64,000 bases of DNA from Takakia lepidozioides (lineage: Eukaryota > Plantae > Bryophyta), in assembly GCA_030704615.1 (NCBI GenBank), contig CM060733.1:76446001-76510000 (forward strand), read 5' to 3'. Shown here in pieces: positions 25,701-38,351 of this stretch (positions are counted from its first letter, which is position 1; every line of letters begins with the position of its first letter). The translations under genes and the position numbers were made by a program. Under the pieces are notes generated by a model, which ran no database searches, was not told the DNA's origin, and saw only the letters and a program-made list of their open reading frames with translations.

Positions 25701-27721
25701 CCTGACATGTCCTGGAAGGATGACCGAGACTCAGAGGGCTTCTCCAGAATTGCAGGCCTGGCCCTTGCAGCTGTAACAGGATGTGGGGTCCTTCTATGTG
25801 TTGTGACCTTTCTCTACATGCACTATTGGAATCCGCAGGAAGTCATCAGAAGCTGCCTATACAGAGAGCCCAGTCAAAGTGAACACTCTCAAGGTATGTC
25901 CAACATTAGAAGCTTCAATATTCACTCGTCTCACAGTCTACGTAGAACACCCAGTACAATCAATCTTCCACATATAATCATGTGCATAGAAGGAGCACAT
26001 GATACGTTTTGTGGCTGCTCGGACAGGCCTCCTAATCAGCCCATCAAATTCATGGTCCTTTACTTTTGAGTTCACTGAAACGTACAAATACAAGACTTAA
26101 ATCAAGAAGTGTATTGCTTTTGCAATTGAGGATTTCATTTGTCAACGTGCTCTGTGCATTGTACACATGGTGGTGTGCAGATGAAGTTGAGCACCAAGAT
26201 GAGAGGCTGAGTAGTGCGGGTAAGTCGCACAGCCAGGAGCCAGCAGAGGCAAACACCAGCCAAGCATGGCCAAAGATCTTTGCTGGAGGCAAGCACAAGT
26301 ACTCAGAAACAAAGCAGCCACAGACAGGAAACTGATGCGCCACGTACTGCAGTGCTCGCAAATCCCTTCTTCTTGGGCAAGAGGGTGGTATTACAGGTTG
26401 GCGAAAGTCGTTAGTTGGGAAACAGCAAGTGGAATATGGCTTACTAGAAGATGCAACTCATGATGGTGTACAGTCAGTGCAGAAACCCAAGCCTGCGCAC
26501 GATGATGTTTGGTCCTCCTCACCAACCACCCCTCCCTCGAACTGGCTAACCTCTTTTGCAGAAGATACTGAAGGCATTCCTCTTAAGCCACTACATACCT
26601 CTCCACCACAAGATACACGGCTCATTCTGCAAACACTGGACACTCGATCCCAACCACAAACCACCAGCTCTCATTTGCAAGAGGTTTAGTCTCAATCCCA
26701 GCCATCATCTTCACGACAAGATCTTTGGTCGTCCCATGAGCCACATTCTACAGCTACACCACATGGGACTCACTCATTTCCTCTACATCTCATCCCTCCG
26801 CCCCAGGCACATGAGCTCCTCTTCACAACGTCCCATCTCGATACTTGGACCACCCACCCCTAGGGTCTTATCACCTCCTCCGTCTTTGCAAACTGATATG
26901 CGGGCTAGATCGAACCCTTTGTCTTCACCTCCTCTGCAATATCCAGCTGAATCTCAAGTCCGACCTGCCACCGAATCTCTTTGGCCACGCCACCCTGAGC
27001 CTTCCTCTCCACCCTTAACTACCACACCCTCCTCCCCCTCCATCTCTGTCCGAGATGTCTGATTTGATGTAGTATATCCGTTTTGCAATGAGCATTCAAA
27101 TGCAATCTTGTTACATTTTGGAGAAATCTTTACTGTACAAAGGTTTTGAAGTTCTTTTCTGAACACTTGGATACATCATCATCGCTTGTGAAAAACAGAA
27201 ATAAGTGAAGTTTTTCATCTCAATTCTTGCTGCAAGTTCCATCATCCTAGCATTTTTGGACAGTCGTCTCAACAGACAGATTTGGTCAGGATCAGAGCAT
27301 TGCAGATTGTTGGACCACTTTTAATCTCTCTCTGGGTATGAAGACTTGGAGGGTTGTAATACTACATGTCTGCAACCTTGAATTATCAGTATCAAGTACT
27401 TTGTATCTGAATGCAGATGAGTTTTGTGAGCATCTTCTGGTGGATCATTTTTGTTGATAAGTATCATACATGGGTGGGAAGCACTCAGTTCAGTAATATG
27501 AAGAATCGATTCAATCAGCTTCAATGTGCTCACCAGGATTCGCAATTTTACAAGACTTGTAGCACAAACAGAATCTTACAATCAGGGTTGAAGAAAAATG
27601 GAGACATATGGAAAAGAATAGGAATAATGTTAAGAACTTCGTCCACACGTTTGATCTTACAATATTTTCTCTGGATTCAAGGCATTTATTTTGATTTTCA
27701 TGCCTCCCAAAGTCCGATCTC

Positions 27722-27830
27722 TCAGGTGGGAAGGTGGACATCTTTGTGGCACTGATCAGTGGATTGAAACCACAACCACTTCTGAGCAGGTTTCCGAGCA
27801 TGCACCACTTAATTACTTGCAGCAACTGGT
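27722..27830 (-). mobile_element. Degraded SINE family 1 copy
   Basis: GGAAGGTGGACATCTTTGTGGCAC..GTGGATTGAAACCACAACCACTTC resembles 30220-30280. Confidence 0.6.
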
Positions 27831-28629
27831 CCGCGTTTTTTATGAGCCTGCATAATCCATAGAACTCCTCTTCGTTGCAACTTGCACATCCAAGCAAGCA
27901 CCACACTTTACTCAAAACTCACCTAAACCTTACACCAGCCGTCGCCCTAAACTCTAAACCTAAAACATGGAGTGTGGCTAGCATGGGCATGTGGCAAAGA
28001 GGTGCTAGCATGGCGAAGGTGTGGCTCTTGACATTAATGGCATAATGCATTTAGTGTCCCATTAATGGGCTCTACCATGTAGTGACAAGCCATGTCTCAA
28101 GGCTAATAGGGATTACCAATAACCTGATTAGGCGCAATGAACCAAGCTAATTCATGTTGTTTTTTTATTTTTTATTTTTAAGCATCTATCAAGTTAAGTA
28201 TTTTCTTACAATAACAGGGGACACTGTCCTGAGCAAATTATTTAATGGAAAGTGGAGGAAAAAAAATAACATCCAAGAGCCATGAATACCAACAAGAAAG
28301 TAGGAAACCACCCAAAGTCCGCGGACACAAAGATCAAATCTGACCAACAAGAGTAACATGAAAACGAAGACCAGAAAACAAGGGAGATACCGGGGTGCCA
28401 AACTAGCCAGGGGCGGAGCTAAACACAGTCAGTCCAAGATAAGCAATGCCAAGGAGAAATTTAACTAATCAATACATGAAGGAAGCCACTTTGTTTGTTT
28501 GTTTTGTTTTGTTTTGTAGCATTGAGATTGGTCTCACGATTTTTGGACCGGCGGTGTGGGAGAAGCCTCAACGGGAGAGATATCAAAGGAAAGTTCTTCG
28601 GTTCAAATGTGGTTATAGGCTCTATGGAA

Positions 28630-29520
28630 AAAAAACTTACTTAGATGACATTGGACACTTGGGCCAACGGCACATGCTACCATACACTTGGGCCTCTACA
28701 TGGGAGATGCACTTGGATACATAAATAGAAGAGTGCTTGGATACGTTGGAAATTGCACATGTGCTTAGATTTCAATTCTTCACGAGCCAACGGCATAGGC
28801 TACACTAGAAGTTGAATTTCGCATTGGGATACTTAGATTTCAACTGTTCATACATGGGCCAAAGGCAAATGCTATGTCCCTAGAGTTCGCACTTGGGCCT
28901 CAACATAGGAGATGCAATGGGATATATAGAAGATCTTACACTTGGACTTAGATGACATTGGATACTTGGGCCTCTCCATAGGAGGTGCACTTGGGCTTAG
29001 ATGGGCCTCGACATAGGAGACGCACTTGGATACGTAGGAAATTGCACATGGACTTAGATTTCAATCTTCATACATGGGCCAACGGCATAGGCTACACTAG
29101 AGGTCGCATTTGGGCGTCGACATAGGAGACGCATTGGGATACATAGGAAATTGAACTTGGTCTTAGATTTCAACTCTTCATACATGCGCGGGAGGTCGCA
29201 ATTGGGCCTCCACATAGGAGATGCTTGATACATAGGAGATTGCACTGTTGCTTAGATGACATTTGACACTTGGGGCAACGGCATAGGCTATCCAAGTACT
29301 TTTGGTCGCTGAAAATTCTTGAAAAATAGCAAGGTGGGAATTCTGGGACAAGGCTTGGAGCTTTGACAAGAGAGATATCAAGGGAAAGATCTCCGGTACA
29401 AATCTGGTTGGCTCGGTGGAAAAAGAATGATTAGATGTGGCTTGCTTCATATATTGATGCATTTGGACTTAGATGACATTGGACACTTGGGCCAACGACA
29501 CAGGCTACCCTAGTCAATCT
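28630..29520 (-). repeat. Complex minisatellite array (CACTTGGGCCTCGACATAGGAGACG / CTTAGATGACATTGGAC / GGCCAACGGCATAGGCTAC units)
   Basis: Many shuffled units. The reverse complement of the same units forms 42505-43060. Confidence 0.85.
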
Positions 29521-30138
29521 ATGAAGTGAATAGTTTGTTTTGTTTTGTTTTGTCACGTTGAGATGTCCCAACAAGGCCCCAGCCCTAGTGCTTGGTACCG
29601 TGGGGTGAAGGCAACAACCTACACTGAGTGATGACCAGATCATGAGTCATTTAGAAGTACACAACATTTTTTTTCAAAGTTTAAAAATTGAAAATGCAAT
29701 GCATTGACTAAGAAAGTAGATGGATGTATAAGGCAAATTCATTTTAATAAAAGAATTGTGATTAGATAAAGTTGTAGAAATTATAAAGTCAACCTTAAAG
29801 TCAATCCTAAACCATATACCCTAAACCTCTAATTACATGAAAAAGCCCATATCTTTCTTGGCGGTCCTGCTTAATAATATTTTCAATGAAGGGAGTTTCT
29901 TTAATTCATTCATTTTCCTCTTATAGGACAATCTGAAAATTCACTGCTTTTTAGGGTACTTAAAAGTACATGAAATGTATATAATTGAATATTATATATT
30001 AGAGCTGTCATTTTAGTTTCTTTAAGAAAAGTACCCCGTTATAGTGAGTCCCATTTTTCATGTTGATTTGTAATTGGAAAGAAAAAAGTCCGTAACCTCA
30101 CATTTTTCTCTTCGCATTAAGAGCTAAGTTCGATGGCT

Positions 30139-30317
30139 AATAATAATAATTTTGACGCCTCCCGAAAGAAACGTAAATTATGGTGTCTCCTCACCCCAAT
30201 GGGTTACCTGCCTTCCGCTAGGAAGGTGGACACCTTTGTGACACCAAGGGTGGATTGAACCCACAACCACTTCCAAGGTGGTATGTGCCCTTACCACTGG
30301 GCTACAACTTGGTTGTC
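30139..30317 (-). mobile_element. tRNA-derived SINE, family 1
   Basis: Reverse-complement homolog of 12924-13105. 10-bp TSD TTCGATGGCT at 30129-30138 and 30318-30327; (ATT)n tail. Confidence 0.88.
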
Positions 30318-30906
30318 TTCGATGGCTTTTTTTCCTTCTAAGAGGAGAACCACCGGACGCAAGCTTGCCCGGAAAATTCAACAGCCTATGGACTGTTGCC
30401 AATTGGGGGTTTTTTTTTTTTAAATGGTTCGGGCTGCTTTCGAAGCTCGTAAATCGGCATATTATTGAATGGGCATATTGGTGTGCCTCCGAGCGAGGGA
30501 AGGGCAATATTAAATTATTGTATGGGTTTCCAGAATGCGGTAGGTAAACATCATGCGTTGGTCGCACGTGGGAACGAGAGAAGGTCGTGGGCTGTGGGCC
30601 GTGCAAGCACGCCGGTGACCCGGTGTTTGCGTCTCAGGTTTGGGGAACAGCAACAACCGGTCGGGTCGGGCCGGGCCGGGCCGGGTCCCACTGTCACACT
30701 CGCACTTGCCCCACCTCACACTTGCAACTCAAACCGAGCACGCGCTCGAGAGCACTAACAAGGCCGCCAAGAGCTTGGGTTCGAGGGGTGCCTATTCTGT
30801 GGGCGAATGGGCGCGCAGGACGACCCACATTTGCAGGGTAGGTTGGAAGCGGGTGACTGGGAAGGGGTCCGTTGCAGCGCACGTGGCACGATCGACTGAT
30901 CCACGT

Positions 30907-33900
30907 CTCCTCATCAAGTCCTCCCCTCCAGTATACTCTCTGACCCCTCGAGGTCTTCTCGTAGCAGATAATCTATTAGATTTCTTAGTGGTGATTTGTA
31001 TCTTGTGCATCCCATCATGCACAGTTAGTAACTGGGAATTCCAGTCATGGGATACCCTGGCCTATTTCAGCCACGGTCGACCCAGCAATAAGGAGTAAGC
31101 TTCCATGACTTCATCCATTTTCAACACAGTTACTGTGATATTAAAGATCATCTTTTTAATCTGTATCTTAACTCCTCTTATCAATCCCAATGGCTGAACA
31201 CTCCTTTGATCTGCCATTGTTACTGTAAATGGGGCTGGTTTCATGTTATTTAGACCAAGCTTCTGCCTTAATTGGTATGTCATGATATTCACTCCAAAGC
31301 CTCCATCTATCAGTACATCAGTTAGATCTGTGCTTCCAATTCTCAATTGGATTACTGGCATAGAATCATCAAAGTCCATGACTGCTTCTCGCCCTTCTGG
31401 CTTCACATTATAACTGATCACCTTGTTGTTCAGGTCTGTGTTCCCTGTCACATGGGCAATCCGATTGATTGCTTGATACAGCCTGTGTCTACAATAAGGT
31501 GCCACATCCAATAGCTGTCCAATGATAATCTCCACTTTGGACTAGCATATCACTTCAGCCAAAGTCCCTTCCTTACTCTGCACTTCTGCAGCTTCTTTCT
31601 TCCCTTCTTCCTCACTCACTTCCTCTTCTCTTTCAGAGTCAGAGGAATCCGCCATAGGAATATCAGTACTCTTCCGCATTTCCCTTATGGTATCTGCCAC
31701 TTCCTTGTGCAGTTCCTTTTCATCTCTCCAAGCCTCATCATCTTCAGGCACATCACTGCCATCTTCATTATCATCAACTTCCTCTTCTACTGGAGGTATT
31801 AATTTGGCTTTGCTTATGGTTACTATCATTGTACTTACTTCTGGTACCACACATGGCCTAACCATGTGAGCTGCCACCACTGGCCCCTCATTCACAGGAG
31901 CTCTCATCTCATTCTGGTGTCTGATCCAGAATGGACAGGCTGCCTTGCGATGTCCTGCTTGAGTACAATAGTAACACAGTTCTTCCCCATTAGGTCCTCG
32001 CCCTTGGTTTGTTCTGGGATTATTTCTATAATCATGATTCCCTGGCTGGTAATTCCCCCTTGGATTACCCTGATAGTTGCCTCTGGAATTTCCCTGGTAA
32101 TTCCCTCTTGGATTACCTCTCCTTTCCATGCCGTTGTTATAACCACCAGGCCTACCATAGTGGTCTTGATCACTGTTTCTTCTTGGCTGGGGCTGCACTT
32201 GATGCACCCTTACTTGCCTAGGTTCTCTTGTTGTTGTCCTTCTGTTGTAGTAACAATTCTCAGTAGAATGGTTATCCATTTTACAGATAGTGCAGTGTTT
32301 CTCCTTCATGTGGCATTCAGTGGTGGTATGGCCTTCATTCTGGCATTTTGCACACCAAACACCCTTCCTCCAATGTGTTGCACCCTCTGTGGCATACTTT
32401 TTCAAGATTTCTTCTAATCTTTTCTCATAATTATCCCTCTTCAACTTTTCCTTCCTTTTACTCTTCTTCTTAAGCTCTAGCTCTTTTTCCTCATCTGACT
32501 CATCCTCAGAGTCATCTTCATCCCTTTTCTCTCTCCTGAGCATTCCCAATTGCTCAATTCTGTTCGCTGTTTCAAATGCTTCCTCCACTGTATTATGGGG
32601 TAACATATCCACTTTCTTTTGTAACTCTAGTCTTAGCAGTTTGCTCTAGAGCAGTTGTGAGTGTAGCACATTGTATGATCATCCTCTGATGTACTGCCTC
32701 CAACTCTGCATGTAGCACCTTCACTTCTTGCATCTCGCCCTCATGCTTCGTCTGCAGTTGGAATAATTGTTGCTTATATGCTTCCTGCAACTAGTCTTGC
32801 TCGAGACCTGCCTCAATCAAATGTTCTTTAGCCGACTGCAAAGCAGTCTTTGTGTTGTCCAACTCCTGGTGTAACTTCAGATTAACCTCCACATCAATCT
32901 TGTTAGCACACTCAGTGGCCATCCGAGCCTCAAACTCTTTCCTGAGTTCCTCCCTCAAAGCTGCCAATTGGGTAGATGGAACATGGGATTTTAAATATGT
33001 TCCCAACAAATTGAGTGTCTTGCTTATGGAACTCATAAGCATAGCCTGCTGGGGGTCATCATGGTGAACTTGCTGCTGTTCTCCCTGATCCTCCACAGTG
33101 TGATGCCTCACAAACCACTCAGGCCATTGCTCTACCAGATGCTCTTCCTGAACCCCCTCATCCTCCACAGGTGCTGCTGTGTCCTGATGTTCTACTTCTG
33201 GGACCTCCGTCACAGGTGTGGGTATTACATGCACTGCAGGGATTCCCCTGGACTGACTCTGCACTTCCGGTACCCGTGATTCCCTGACCAAGCCAGAGTC
33301 TTCATAGAGAAGGTCACCCTTCTCAATTTCTGCCACAACCTGTTCTGTAGTGGGAATAATCTAACCCTTCTCTTTCCAAAACAACAGGCAGTGGTAGAGC
33401 CGCATGCACTACTTGAGGTACCGCTGAGATAACCAGTTCATCTGGCTGTGACATTGAAGTAACTTCCTCTTCCCTCTCCAAAGGTTGTGTTGTTTGTAAC
33501 AACAGCTCTCTGTGCTGCTGTGCCCCCTCCTGCACGAGAGTTTGGAAAACATCTTCTTGCGGTTCTCTTGAAGCCAATGGTTATGTCCCTACTGTGATAC
33601 CCTTCTTCTGTCTCTTAGACTGCTGTTGCTCTGCCAGTCCCCCCTCTCCATAGGAAGAACCCTGCTCCTCCATTGCAGTGGTTGCTGCCTCAAACATTCC
33701 CATCTCATTTCGTTCTCGCGCATCAAGTATGCAAGAGTCCAAAATGATTTGCGCAATGACTGGGCCAGACACTATGATTGGAGACTTAGCAGCAGTGCCT
33801 TGCAATCTTCTCATCTCCTCTACTAGACCATTGTACATTATTTCTGCCCAAGCTACATCTTCTCCTCGCAATGCTTTCAGTATTTCCTCTGTGAATAACT

Positions 33901-36900
33901 TGCTCAAATACTGTTGGTTCTGTTTCATGGCAAACAGAACGTTGAGTATTTGGCCAACCTCTTTGAGTCCTGGGTACTCGGCTTTGGTACAAGCGTAACC
34001 TTGAGTTTTAAAGAAACTTCCTTCTTGGAACATGCTCCCTATTTGCAATCTTGCCCTGTGCTCATCCACCTCTACCTAACCCGATGGCAATTCAAACAAT
34101 TGCTGTAGGTACTGGGGAGTAATTCCTATCTCTACTCCCCTCACCTTGGTTACTCCTGTCTTAGGCTCAAAGTTCTGCAGAAATTGTAGCATGTACTGCC
34201 GATGATGCAATGACCAATCCTTTCGTAGCAGCCCCTCCAACCGCAGCTCCCTCAGCAGCTACACCGCCTGTGGTGTAGCAATCGTTTGCTTCGGTAATAT
34301 TGTGGTGCTCTTCACCCTGATATCCTCCATTCCTCTCACTCTCTTCATTCTAGATAAACAAAAAGGTTTCGGTTGCAACAACTAAAGAAACGCCTGGAGG
34401 GCACAGAGCATAAAAGTATGGTTGGTACAGAATGAAATGGGTAAGTGCTTGTAAGCCTGTGGGGCTTGCAAATATCGATTTAGAGAAAAGGTACTCTCCG
34501 TTCGTCCATTCTTGTGCCACTGCGTAAGTAGTAAGGCGAGCGTGTAGTCTGTTATTTCCGCCATAGCTTCAAAGCTATAACTTTGATTGTCTCCCCTGTC
34601 GAGACGCCCGTTATTTGGAACCACGCCGACTCTTGCGCTCATAATTCTTCTAAATTCTTGATCTTGCTTCTTGGAAAATACCCTCTGCAGGTAACTCTGG
34701 CTCATGATTGGTTGTTGCCTCTGTGACTGTTTTTTTAATTTTATTTCCGTCAGTGGGCTTTTCCCCCTGGAATGTCCACTAGGATAACACATGTGGCTAA
34801 GAACCCTCTTTTCTGTATTCATAAAAGGTTCCGTTACTCTTTCTTTCACTGCATTAATGGGCCCACAATTAATTTGGGTTGATGTGCCGAGTATGTACTT
34901 TGACGGTGATACCCGTGTTTGCCACATATGCACAGCTGTGTGTCTTGCCCTGGCGTCCACGTGTCCATTTCTAAACTTGCCTCCGTCCTCTCTTCCGCCG
35001 GCCATTTCCCGGACGTTAACCTGCGTCCACCTGTCACTGCCCCTATGGACTGTGTAACCCGGGTGGGCTGTGTTGGGCTGTGATAGGCTGTGTGGCACTG
35101 TGGTAAGCTATGATAGGCTGTGTGGCACTGTGGTAGGCTGTGATAGGCTGTGTCATGCTATGGTAGGTTGTGATAACGATGCGAACATCTGTGTTCTTTG
35201 CTCAGGCCATACACAATTGGTTTTACGATAAGTGCTTCATGCTCTGTTGGTATTACCGGTGCAGTCCGTGACTGTTTTTGTGTTTCAATATGCAAGTCGT
35301 GCTGCAATGGTTTGTCATGGATACCACTGTATCCCTTCAACTTATTAACATTAACTCTTCCCAACATATCTTTGTTAATGGTTTGTAATATGGCGGTGTT
35401 GTTATCATACATCTTCTGTATGACATAAGGTCCTTTCCAGGTGATTTAAGCTTGGAAGCCTTAATCTTTCCCTTCTTTTGCAACCACAGAACCAAATCTC
35501 CCGCGTTAAAAGTCTTTAATTTCCCTACATCAAACTGATCCTTCCTCTTCATCTGAATTCTGGTCATGTTATCAGCTGCATCAGCACGTACTTCTTCCAC
35601 ATGGTATAATTCATGTTTTCTGACCTTAATTGAATCTTCCAATTCCATTCTCCTTCCCCATTCAGTTCTCATGGTAGGTAACAAGAACTCCACTGGTAGT
35701 AAAGCTTCCATACCATAAACTAATTGGAATGGTGTATACTTAGTGGTGACTTTATATGAAGTCATGTATGACCACAAAGCTGTCAGCAGCTTTGTATCCC
35801 AATCTGTTCTGTTTGCATTGATTATCTTAGCCAAGATAGTACATAGTATTTTGTTGGTAGCCTCTGCCTGCCCATTACCCTACGGGTAATAAGTTGTACT
35901 CTTCCTATGCACAATCATGAACTCCTTGGTCAAGAGTTCTATGGTCTCATTAATGAAGTGACTTCCCTGGTCACTAATAAATTCCAGGGGACAGCCAAAT
36001 CGTGTAAGTATGTTCTCATACAGGAACCTTACTGTGGACTTAGCTGTGTTATCCCTCAGAGCTTTAGCTTCCACCTACTTTGTAGTATAATCAGTGGCTG
36101 TGATTATATACTTATTCTGTGTATTTCTGGCTGGTGGGTTAGTTGGCCCAACAAAGTCTAGTCTCCATTTTTGAAATGGTTCAGTAGGCATTGTAGGATG
36201 CAAAGCCCTCTTTCCAGATCTCTGCAATGGTCCTAGCCTCTGACACTCATCACAACTCTTACAATACTTGTGTACATCTTTGAACAAAGTAGGCCACCAG
36301 TAACCTGCAAGTAGTATCTTTCTACTGGTAGTCTCTTCTCCAAAATGACCTCCAGCCACTCTTTTATGGACTTCCTCCAAAACTTTATTTACTTCGTGGT
36401 GGTACAAGCATCGTTTAAGTACCCCATCTGGTCCTAGCTTGTACATTCTGCCCCCTACCATAGTATAAGGTAAAGCCTTGATAGCAATTTTCTTCCGCTG
36501 CTCCTTCCCATAACTCGGTGGGCATTGACCATGAGTAAGGTAGTATCTGATTGGCCACTGCCAATCTAACCAGTCATCTGCACTCCCTTGCACCTCCACT
36601 GCAAATAAACTCGCATCTGGTAACTGGTCGTCTACTCCTGTGGCTGGCTCTTCTGTTGTTAAGCATGACAAGTGATCTGCCACAAGATGCAATCGACCAG
36701 GCTTGTACACAACCTCAAACTCAAACTCGTGCAAGATTATTAACCACTTTGCTATCCTTCCACTTATCAAAGGTTTGTTCACCAGATATATCAGAGCCTG
36801 GTGATCCACATAAAACATAAACTTCCTTCCCAATAGGTAATGCCTGAATTTCTTTACTACATAAATCATTGTCAGTGCTTCTCTTTTCGTTGTGCTATAG

Positions 36901-38351
36901 TTCTTTTCCGCACTGTTCATCAATCTGCTAGCATAGTACACAGGTGAATCTATATTTCATGTGACATTTTGGGCTAACACTACTCCCAACGCTTCTCCTG
37001 AGGCATCACAGTGAACATGAAATACTTCATGCCAGTGAGGGTTAATCAGCACAGGTGTAGTTGTTACTGATAATGTAAGTTCCTCAAAAGCCTTTTGACA
37101 TTCAGCTGTCCATGCAAACACTGCATCTTTCTTCAGAAGCTTGCTTAATGGTGCTGCTATCTGTGCATACCGTCTGACAAATCTTCTGTAATAACTGGTT
37201 GGTCCCAGGAATCTCCTTAGACTCTTAACATTTACTGGAGGTGGAGAGGCTTTAATGGCCTCTGTCTTTCTGGGATCCACAAGAAGTCCCTTCTTACACA
37301 CAATGTGTCCCAAAAGCACCCCTGAGTTCACACAGAAAGTAAACTTCTCTGGATTCAGGCCCAGACCTCTCATCCTGCATCTGGTCAAACATAACTCCAA
37401 ATTATGCAAGTGCTCACTCTTAGAGCTATACACATTGAAATCATCCAAGAACACCTGCATGAAATCATCCAGATACTCCTGAAAAGATTCACTTATGACT
37501 CTCTGAAAAGTTGCTGGTGCATTACAAAGTCCAAAAAGCATGACTTTGTATGCATAAGCACCCCAGTCTGTGATAAAAGTTGTCTTTCCCTGGTCTTCTT
37601 CTGCCACTTGCACTTGATTATAACCACTGAAGCCATCCATGAATGAGTACATCTCATGGCCTGCCACAGTGTCCAATACCGCTTTTGTGAATGGCAAAGG
37701 GAAAGGATCTTTCTTCGTGCAAGCATTCAACTTCTTATAGTTCACACAAACTCTCAGTTTACCATTCTTCTTGGGAACTATCACAATGGGTGACAGCCAA
37801 GTTGTATACTCTATCGGGTATATAAACTTAGCCTCAACCAACTTCTTGATCTCTTCTCCAACCTTCTGTGCATAGTTGGGATTCATTCTGTATTTTGTCT
37901 GTTTGATTGGTACTGACCCTGGTTCCAGTTCAATTTTATGCTGACAGATCTCAGGTGGTATCCCTTTCAGATCCTTGTAGTTCCAAGCAAATACATCCCT
38001 GTATTTGATGAACAGACTCTTAGCTTCCTCAAAGAATTCTGGCTCCAAATCAGCCCCTACCTTCACCATCCTCGGTTCCCCTTCAGTTCCCACATTTACT
38101 TCTCTCACCTGCTCATCAGCTGTGATTGTCCAACCAGTCACCACTTCATCCTGTAAACTCACAGTGGTTGGTTCCTCTAGGATTTCCATTTCTCCCTCTC
38201 TTTCTTCATAGAAATGTGGTGGGTAACTGCTTGTTTCCCCCTCAATTGGTGTTGCTGTCACTACACCACAACAGATACTTTATAAACAACTTAGGCTTTC
38301 CAATTGCATCTCTGCAACTTGCTCCCACTCTGGGTGTGCAGCAAACAAGGT
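30907..38351 (-). mobile_element. Ty3/gypsy (non-chromoviral, extra 3' ORF) internal region, LTR-less and circularly permuted: RT-RNaseH-IN-ORF3-gag(C-term)-protease
   Basis: RT (WLSPIVIVPKKNG, MDGFSGYNQ, FLDD) 38261-36957; RNase H/IN (EKNYSTT, GHFG, YWWPT, LDFVGP, SDQGSHF) 36941-35160; ORF3 34348-32640; gag CCHC knuckles 32635-31542; protease (VLIDGG, LLGRPWL) 31535-30907. No LTRs seen. Confidence 0.88.
32640..34348 (-). pseudogene. Extra gypsy ORF downstream of integrase (plant-mobile-domain-like N-terminus + acidic/coiled-coil C-terminus), with stops
   Basis: MKRVRG..MLQFLQNF..IGITPQYLQQLFELP..GEDVAWAEIMYNGLVEEM, then coiled coil. Lies in sense after integrase, as in Athila/Phygy-type elements. 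Confidence 0.6.

Larger units (their letters stand above)
1..27062 (+). pseudogene. Multi-exon gene (5' end outside window) for a single-pass membrane protein: PPC-like domain + ~4 thrombospondin type-1 repeats + EGF + CC..LD.C..C.G Cys-rich repeats + EGF + TM + Pro/Ser-rich tail; frameshifted, probably a pseudogene
   Basis: Hand-spliced GT-AG exons: <1-99, 283-470 (STGPDVVFQHTP), 1043-1224 (VSLCG..FDT.L.VY..IACNDD), 1589-1646 (MVDGWG), 2139-2341 (WSAASWSPCNHVCAGGIQ), 3433-3524 (WSECNQTCGSGIQRR), ~3957-4204, 4568-4654, 4852-4995, 5192-5365, 5538-5599, 12561-12777 (KCCSTIRDEKGICCNSGFLDECLICDGDSTSC), 24097-24270, 24504-24578, 24966-25218 (CGNGMCEQGE..CAGNGLC), 25585-25893 (TM IAGLALAAVTGCGVLLCVVTFLYM), 26181-27062. 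Most intron phases are mutually consistent. Frameshifts at ~1210, ~3967 and in the tail. Confidence 0.8.

Noticed and set aside
27915-27966. Interstitial telomere (also ~29805 and ~50983)
   Set aside because: Only 1-3 degenerate CCCTAAA units; these are telo-box or TE-associated motifs rather than an array.
30480-30906. GC-rich CGGGC repeats as an LTR of the adjacent gypsy
   Set aside because: No second copy and no TG..CA, PBS or PPT. The gypsy sequence breaks mid-polyprotein here.
31866-35098. Long ORF calls such as 31866-32417(+), 33678-33998(+) and 34382-35098(-)
   Set aside because: Antisense shadows of gypsy genes or non-coding spacer, with no recognisable motifs.
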